From Chlamydiia bacterium (GTDB lineage: Bacteria > Chlamydiota > Chlamydiia > Chlamydiales > 2-12-FULL-49-11), in contig JBIIKD010000002.1 of the NCBI GenBank assembly GCA_044233345.1, forward strand, positions 1 to 33,639: a DNA stretch of 33,639 nucleotides, given 5' to 3'. Shown here piece after piece: positions 29,596 to 33,639 of this stretch. The notes beneath the pieces were generated by a model that worked only from the letters and a program-made list of their open reading frames with translations, was not told the DNA's origin and did no database searches. A program made the position numbers and the translations under genes. How positions within the stretch are numbered: position 1 is the first letter of the stretch; each line of letters begins with the position of its first letter.

Positions 29596-29668
29596 AGTAT
29601 ATACACCTTGAGGATAAAAAGGAGTATATGGTACGCTTCCTGGAAAAAAAAGAGAAATTTTCCTTCTT

Positions 29669-29742
29669 GGGGTATTAGCTCAGTTGGTTAGAGCGCCACC
29701 TTGACATGGTGGAGGTCAGCTGTTCGAGTCAGCTATATCCCA
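29669..29742 (+). tRNA. tRNA-Val (anticodon GAC)
   Basis: I folded the cloverleaf by hand. The acceptor is GGGGTAT/ATATCCC with one G-T pair. The D arm is GCTC-AGTTGGTTA-GAGC. The anticodon arm is CCACC-TTGACAT-GGTGG. The variable loop is AGGTC and the T arm is AGCTG-TTCGAGT-CAGCT. The discriminator is A and no CCA is encoded. Confidence 0.93.
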
Positions 29743-29753
29743 AATTTATCCAA

Positions 29754-30788
29754 ATGAATAAGTTAATTGATAAAAAATGTGCTATTCGACAAACCGCAGT
29801 AGAGCTGTTTGCGGCCTCCCTTTTAGAAATTGTCCCTAAAATTATCCTTATAGAAACAAGAGCGACCCGTTTAGGGTTTGTGTTAGATTTTATTTCTCCA
29901 ACAGTTGTTGATGAAGAAATTCTTAAAGTTTGTTTAGAGAGAACGAAAGGGAAACTAAAGTCTAAAGAGGAGCCGCGTCTTTTAGAAATGACCTCTAAAA
30001 ATGCGTACGAGTATATGCGCCATATAAAACAACCTTTTCGTATGGAAAAAGTTGATAGAGAAGAGCAATTTACCAATGTAGTGCAAATTGGCGACTATGC
30101 AAATATTCTTGAAGGCGAAATATGTTTAGATTTCGATCAAGTAGGGGTAGTAGAGATCGAAGGGATAGAAGATGGAGGAGAGGTTCTTTTTTATAAAAAG
30201 AAGACTCGAGTTACTCGCATCAAAGGAATGGCTGAAGGTTCAAAAGAAGAATTAAAAGAACACAAAAAGAAAATACGGGAAGCAGCCCTAAAAGATCATA
30301 GAAAAGCACAAGAGTATTACCTTTTTGACGAAGCTGGTATGGTTTGGTTTGAATCTGGACTTCTAGAGAGAAAGCAAGTAGAAGAAAAAATTCGAGAGGG
30401 TTTGTCATCTCTTGGGTTTAAAGAAGTTGAAAGAATGGATGAAAGGGCTCTTTTTTCTGTCGGCGAAAAAATTTTTGAATTTGATTGGGCTGAATTGGAA
30501 AGTCGAGCTGAATTTGGATTAAAAGACGCACTACTACAGAGAGTAGTTACAGTTGCAATTCTTCAAAGAAAAAGAGATGTAAATTCCCTCTTGCAATTGT
30601 TCGATGAATTGAGTAAAATTTTTCCCCAATTGGAAGATGTAAGGATAGGGGAAGATTTTATCTCCGCAATAGATCCCTACGGCCTCGATTGGAGAATTGT
30701 TGAAGCGGAAAGATGCGAGTCTGGATGGGAAGTGACAGTTTGGATAGATAGGTTAATGGCTCTTATAATTGAAAAAAGGTTGCACTAG
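29754..30788 (+). CDS. Degenerate, truncated threonyl-tRNA synthetase-like protein: an N2/SAD-like domain plus a shrunken class II core, with no TGS domain, no anticodon-binding domain, and the active-site residues replaced
   Basis: The track ORF starts at 29706, inside tRNA-Val, so I moved the start to ATG 29754 (MNKLIDKK). The protein aligns by eye to E. coli ThrRS at several points. IRQTAVELFAASLLEIVP matches IRHSCAHLLGHAIKQLWP, and GFVLDF matches GFYYDV. ALKDHRKAQEYYLF matches AKRDHRKIGKQLDLY, and AGMVWFESG matches PGMVFWHNDG. RAEFG matches MAEFG, and VTVWIDRLMALIIE matches [22 protein letters not shown]. The gene sits directly upstream of infC-rpmI-rplT-pheS. Confidence 0.6.
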   Translation: MNKLIDKKCAIRQTAVELFAASLLEIVPKIILIETRATRLGFVLDFISPTVVDEEILKVCLERTKGKLKSKEEPRLLEMTSKNAYEYMRHIKQPFRMEKVDREEQFTNVVQIGDYANILEGEICLDFDQVGVVEIEGIEDGGEVLFYKKKTRVTRIKGMAEGSKEELKEHKKKIREAALKDHRKAQEYYLFDEAGMVWFESGLLERKQVEEKIREGLSSLGFKEVERMDERALFSVGEKIFEFDWAELESRAEFGLKDALLQRVVTVAILQRKRDVNSLLQLFDELSKIFPQLEDVRIGEDFISAIDPYGLDWRIVEAERCESGWEVTVWIDRLMALIIEKRLH

Positions 30789-30797
30789 GAATAGATT

Positions 30798-31343
30798 TTG
30801 AAGGTAAATAGAGAAATTCAAGCGCTAAAAGTTCGTTTGATTGATGAAGAAGGGGCACAGTTAGGAGTTTTTTTACTACATGAAGCTCTAGCTAAAGCTC
30901 AATTAGCGGGATTAGATCTTGTGGAAATTGCGCCCACAGCTGTTCCTCCAGTTTGTAAAATTATTGACTACGGAAAGTTTCGATTTCAACAGACAAAAAG
31001 AGATAAGATTAATCGTAAAGCCTCCCATCAGGTAAAACTGAAGGAGATTAAGTTAAAGCCTAATATTGACACTCATGACCTCGAAGTAAAAGTACGAAAG
31101 GCCAAAGAGTTTGTTGAAAAAGGGTATAAAGTAAAGTTTACTTGCATGTTCAAAGGAAGAGAGATTGTCTTCGTGGATAATGGACGGCAAGTACTTGATC
31201 AAGTATGTAAATTACTCGAAGATGTGGCGATTGTGGAAGCGCCTGCCAAGATGTTCGGTCGGACACTCACTCTAATGATGGCACCGAGCACCAAGGAGAA
31301 GAAACAAAAGGAGAAGAAAAGTGCGGAAAGCGAAAACGAATAA
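30798..31343 (+). CDS. infC: Translation initiation factor IF-3 (non-AUG start, TTG 30798 or ATT 30795)
   Basis: KVNREIQALKVRLIDEEGAQLGV, GLDLVEIAPTAVPPVCKIIDYGKFRF and the C-domain KEIKLKPNIDTHDLEVKVRKAKEFVEKGYKVKF are typical IF3. An in-frame TAG at 30792-30794 leaves ATT or TTG as the only possible starts upstream of the conserved N-terminus. Confidence 0.93.
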   Translation: MKVNREIQALKVRLIDEEGAQLGVFLLHEALAKAQLAGLDLVEIAPTAVPPVCKIIDYGKFRFQQTKRDKINRKASHQVKLKEIKLKPNIDTHDLEVKVRKAKEFVEKGYKVKFTCMFKGREIVFVDNGRQVLDQVCKLLEDVAIVEAPAKMFGRTLTLMMAPSTKEKKQKEKKSAESENE

Positions 31344-31518
31344 GGCTCTCGCAAAAAGATTTAAGATCACAGGTACCGGAAAACTGCTCCGACATAAGCA
31401 GGGAAGACGACACCTTATGACAAAGAAAAACTCTAGACAGAAGCGACGTTTGGAAAAAGCTGTTCTAGTGGGTGATTCATTGACCCAGAAATTTAAGAAA
31501 CTAATATTAGGCATGTAG
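31321..31518 (+). CDS. rpmI: 50S ribosomal protein L35
   Basis: (M)RKAKTNKALAKRFKITGTGKLLRHKQGRRHLMTKK matches the L35 signature. It has a GTG start preceded by AAGGAG and overlaps the infC 3' end by 23 nt. Confidence 0.9.
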   Translation: MRKAKTNKALAKRFKITGTGKLLRHKQGRRHLMTKKNSRQKRRLEKAVLVGDSLTQKFKKLILGM

Positions 31519-31527
31519 AGGGGAAAA

Positions 31528-31884
31528 ATGGTAAGAGTAACAAGAGCGCCTGCCAGAAAGCGCAGAATTAAACGATTGCTCAAACACTCAAAAGGGTTTG
31601 TAGGGGATCGTGGGAATCATCATCAGCAAGCAAGTTCTGCTGTAATGAAAGCCTGGTCCTACATGTTCCGCGATCGCAAGCAGAAAAAAAGAGAATTTCG
31701 TAGCGTTTGGATTACACGGATCAATGCGGCATGCCGTTGCCATGAAATTTCTTACAGCCGGTTAATCGATGGCCTTACAAAGGCAAGTATTGATATCAAT
31801 CGCAAGATGCTAGCTAACCTAGCTATTGAAGATCCAACAGCATTTGGAGCGATTGTAGCGGAAGCGAAAAAAGCTCTTGCTTAA
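31528..31884 (+). CDS. rplT: 50S ribosomal protein L20
   Basis: MVRVTRAPARKRRIKRLLKHSKGF...RDRKQKKREFRSVWITRINAA...SYSRLIDGL is canonical L20. Confidence 0.95.
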   Translation: MVRVTRAPARKRRIKRLLKHSKGFVGDRGNHHQQASSAVMKAWSYMFRDRKQKKREFRSVWITRINAACRCHEISYSRLIDGLTKASIDINRKMLANLAIEDPTAFGAIVAEAKKALA

Positions 31885-31905
31885 ACCGAAAAAGGAAAGG
31901 GCGCA

Positions 31906-32928
31906 TTGAAGGAAAAGATAGAGGATTTACGGAAAAGCTTTTTAAAAGAACTCAAGGGAGCTGATTCGAGTAAAGGCCTTGAAGATTTGAAGGTTCGTTA
32001 CTTAGGCCGTAAAGGCCCTGTTGTTTCTTTAATGCAAGAATTGAAGGGCGTTCTTCCTGAAGAGCGTCCTCTTTTTGGAAAGTTAATCAATGAAGTCAAA
32101 GAGCGAATCGAAGAAGACCTTGATAAAACTCTTCGAAAAGTTCATCTAAAAGAACTCAATCAACAATTAGAATCTGAAAAAATTGATATTTCCCTTCCAG
32201 GAAGAAGAAAATTTTTAGGAAAAGTTCATCCTCTTTCCCAAATGATTGAAAAAGTGGTCGAAATTTTGACAGAGATGGGTTTTTCTGTTTACTATTCCCC
32301 AGAGCTTGAATCTGATTATTACAATTACGGTGGGCTTAATTATCCAGAAGATCATCCAGCAAGAGATATGCAGGACACCTACTATGTAGATGAAAAAACC
32401 CTTCTTCGCTCTCATACGACTAGTTTTCAGCAGCGCGTTATGGAAAAAACACAACCGCCCATTCGAATGATCTCTGTGGGTAAATGTTACCGCAATGAAA
32501 CAATTTCCACTAGATCTCATGTTACATTTCACCAAGTAGATGCTTTGTATATCGATAAAGGGGTAACCTTTGGAGATCTCCTCTCTAGTCTTGAAGAGTT
32601 CTATTCAAAACTCTTTAATCAAAAAGTAGAAATTCGTGTCCGAGCTAGTTACTTTCCTTTCGTTGAACCTGGTATGGAAGTAGATGTTCGCTGCACTTTG
32701 TGCTCTGGAAAGGGCTGCCGTCTTTGTAAAGACTCTGGTTGGTTAGAAGTCTGCGGTGCAGGCATGATTCATCCTGAAGTTCTTAAAGCGGGCAACATCG
32801 ATCCTGATCAATATTCAGGGTTTGCTTGGGGTGGAGGAATTGAGCGTGCATTCCTTCTTCTTCATGGCGTAAACGACATTCGACTTTTTATGGAGAACGA
32901 TCTTAAGTTTTTAGAGCAATTTCCTTGA
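31906..32928 (+). CDS. pheS: Phenylalanyl-tRNA synthetase alpha subunit
   Basis: RYLGRKG is present in the N-terminal coiled coil. The class II motifs are HPLSQ..., LLRSHTSFQQ, CYRNE and FHQVDALY, plus GFAWGGGIERAFLL. The start is TTG. No pheT follows. Confidence 0.95.
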   Translation: MKEKIEDLRKSFLKELKGADSSKGLEDLKVRYLGRKGPVVSLMQELKGVLPEERPLFGKLINEVKERIEEDLDKTLRKVHLKELNQQLESEKIDISLPGRRKFLGKVHPLSQMIEKVVEILTEMGFSVYYSPELESDYYNYGGLNYPEDHPARDMQDTYYVDEKTLLRSHTTSFQQRVMEKTQPPIRMISVGKCYRNETISTRSHVTFHQVDALYIDKGVTFGDLLSSLEEFYSKLFNQKVEIRVRASYFPFVEPGMEVDVRCTLCSGKGCRLCKDSGWLEVCGAGMIHPEVLKAGNIDPDQYSGFAWGGGIERAFLLLHGVNDIRLFMENDLKFLEQFP

Positions 32929-32972
32929 TTTATTCAAGGATTCGTTTATAATAGTCGCACTCAATCGTGTGC

Positions 32973-33059
32973 GGAAGAGTGGCAGAGTGGCCGATTGCAC
33001 CTGTCTTGAAAACAGGAGACCCCGCAAGGGGTCCGTGGGTTCGAATCCTACCTCTTCCG
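32973..33059 (+). tRNA. tRNA-Ser (anticodon UGA)
   Basis: The acceptor is GGAAGAG/CTCTTCC. The anticodon arm is CCTGT-CTTGAAA-ACAGG. There is a long variable arm (GACCCCGCAAGGGGTC). The T arm is GTGGG-TTCGAAT-CCTAC. The discriminator is G and no CCA is encoded. Confidence 0.93.
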
Positions 33060-33065
33060 AACAGT

Positions 33066-33094
33066 AAAAAGACCAGGCAAGTCCTGGTCTTTTT
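33066..33094 (+). terminator. Rho-independent terminator after tRNA-Ser
   Basis: aaaaAGACCAGG-caagt-CCTGGTCTtttt forms a perfect 8-bp GC-containing stem flanked by an A-tract and a T-tract, so it could work in both directions. Confidence 0.7.
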
Positions 33095-33639
33095 GCTTTC
33101 TAAAGGTGCAATTCCATCCCTTTAGTAAATGGGAATCTTTTTTTCTGTTTTAAATTACTTTTGATTGTTTGGCTAAAAGCTTGCTTCAGATTTATTTCAG
33201 TGATAGTGATATCGAAGCAGACTATTCTGGTGCAGAGGGCCGATCCAGATAGAAATAAAGATAAAAAGGTAGAAAAATATAGCGGCCTTAATGATCTTGT
33301 GTTGGATGTCGGAGCTCAATCAATAAAATCGACTTTTAAAGCAGGATGGAGCGGCTATAGCAGTAAATGCTGCAAGAGACGCTTCTTCCCAGTGTTTCTA
33401 TTCTAGGGGTAAATATGATGTTTAATGCTTGCACAGTAACTGAATAGAAATTCTTTGGGTGGGGAACTATAGAAGAAGTCCTTGATGTGGGAGCTGATGT
33501 AGGAATTAATAAGAGCTCTCCTATAGAGTCGGTCAGACCCTTATTTCCATTCCAATTTTGTGTGCTTTTGTTGGGGCGGGGCTTTTTGGAGCAGGTCTGA
33601 TTGCAGTTAAAAACGCATGTTTTAAATAGACATCTTGTG

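Noticed and set aside
29706-29753. The track start of the ThrRS-like ORF (MVEVSCSSQLYPKFIQ...).
   Set aside because: These codons lie inside the tRNA-Val gene (29669-29742) and its 3' flank, so I moved the start to ATG 29754.
31272-31583. The 103-aa minus-strand ORF across infC, rpmI and rplT.
   Set aside because: It lies antisense to three ribosomal or translation genes that have canonical sequences.
33100-33639. The track ORF 33161..33406(+), a minus-strand frame open from the window end to ~33340, and a TM-like fragment (AAIFFYLFIFISIWIGPL) on the minus strand interrupted by stops.
   Set aside because: None has a convincing start or SD, a motif, or normal composition, and the frames are broken by stops. 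The region may hold remnants of a decayed gene or the start of a gene beyond the window, but I cannot support a call from this sequence alone.

Overview
This window looks like a chromosomal, mostly core-genome segment of a low-GC bacterium resembling an environmental member of the Chlamydiae. That placement is an inference from three things: the DUF721-gyrB-gyrA-tmk-holB order (as I remember it for Chlamydia), an Inc-type membrane protein, and orphan genes that look like effectors.

Left third (1-11.8 kb):
- A partial yidC that the ORF track missed because it is open at the window edge.
- A 675-aa TPR protein.
- A tightly packed classical menaquinone operon on the minus strand: ubiE/menG-menF-menD-menH::menB fusion-menA-menC-menE.
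- A convergent hotdog thioesterase.

Middle (11.9-25.7 kb):
- An Inc-like protein with a bilobed hydrophobic domain and a coiled coil.
- typA/bipA.
- A DUF721 (DciA-like) gene followed by gyrB-gyrA-tmk-holB.
- A DEDD exonuclease.
- nusB-murB-PHP phosphoesterase-folC.

Right third (25.6-33.6 kb):
- A small islet that looks accessory: a 282-aa orphan, a 2xLysM protein, and a 571-aa orphan whose C-terminus resembles the eukaryote-type OGFr conserved region and is broken by a +1 frameshift.
- A YtqB/MnmM-type methyltransferase and tRNA-Val(GAC).
- A degenerate, truncated ThrRS-like protein sitting where thrS sits in the classical thrS-infC-rpmI-rplT-pheS operon.
- infC (non-AUG start)-rpmI-rplT-pheS, tRNA-Ser(UGA), a terminator, and about 540 nt with no convincing gene.

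I found no CRISPR array, transposase, integrase, rRNA, or recognisable defence or toxin-antitoxin system. The most interesting items are:
- the frameshifted OGFr-like orphan;
- the ThrRS-derived pseudo-synthetase;
- the Inc-like protein;
- the MenH-MenB fusion;
- a hairpin element of about 170 nt with 31-bp arms.

All homology statements come from reading motifs by eye and from memory of the families. None has been checked against a database.
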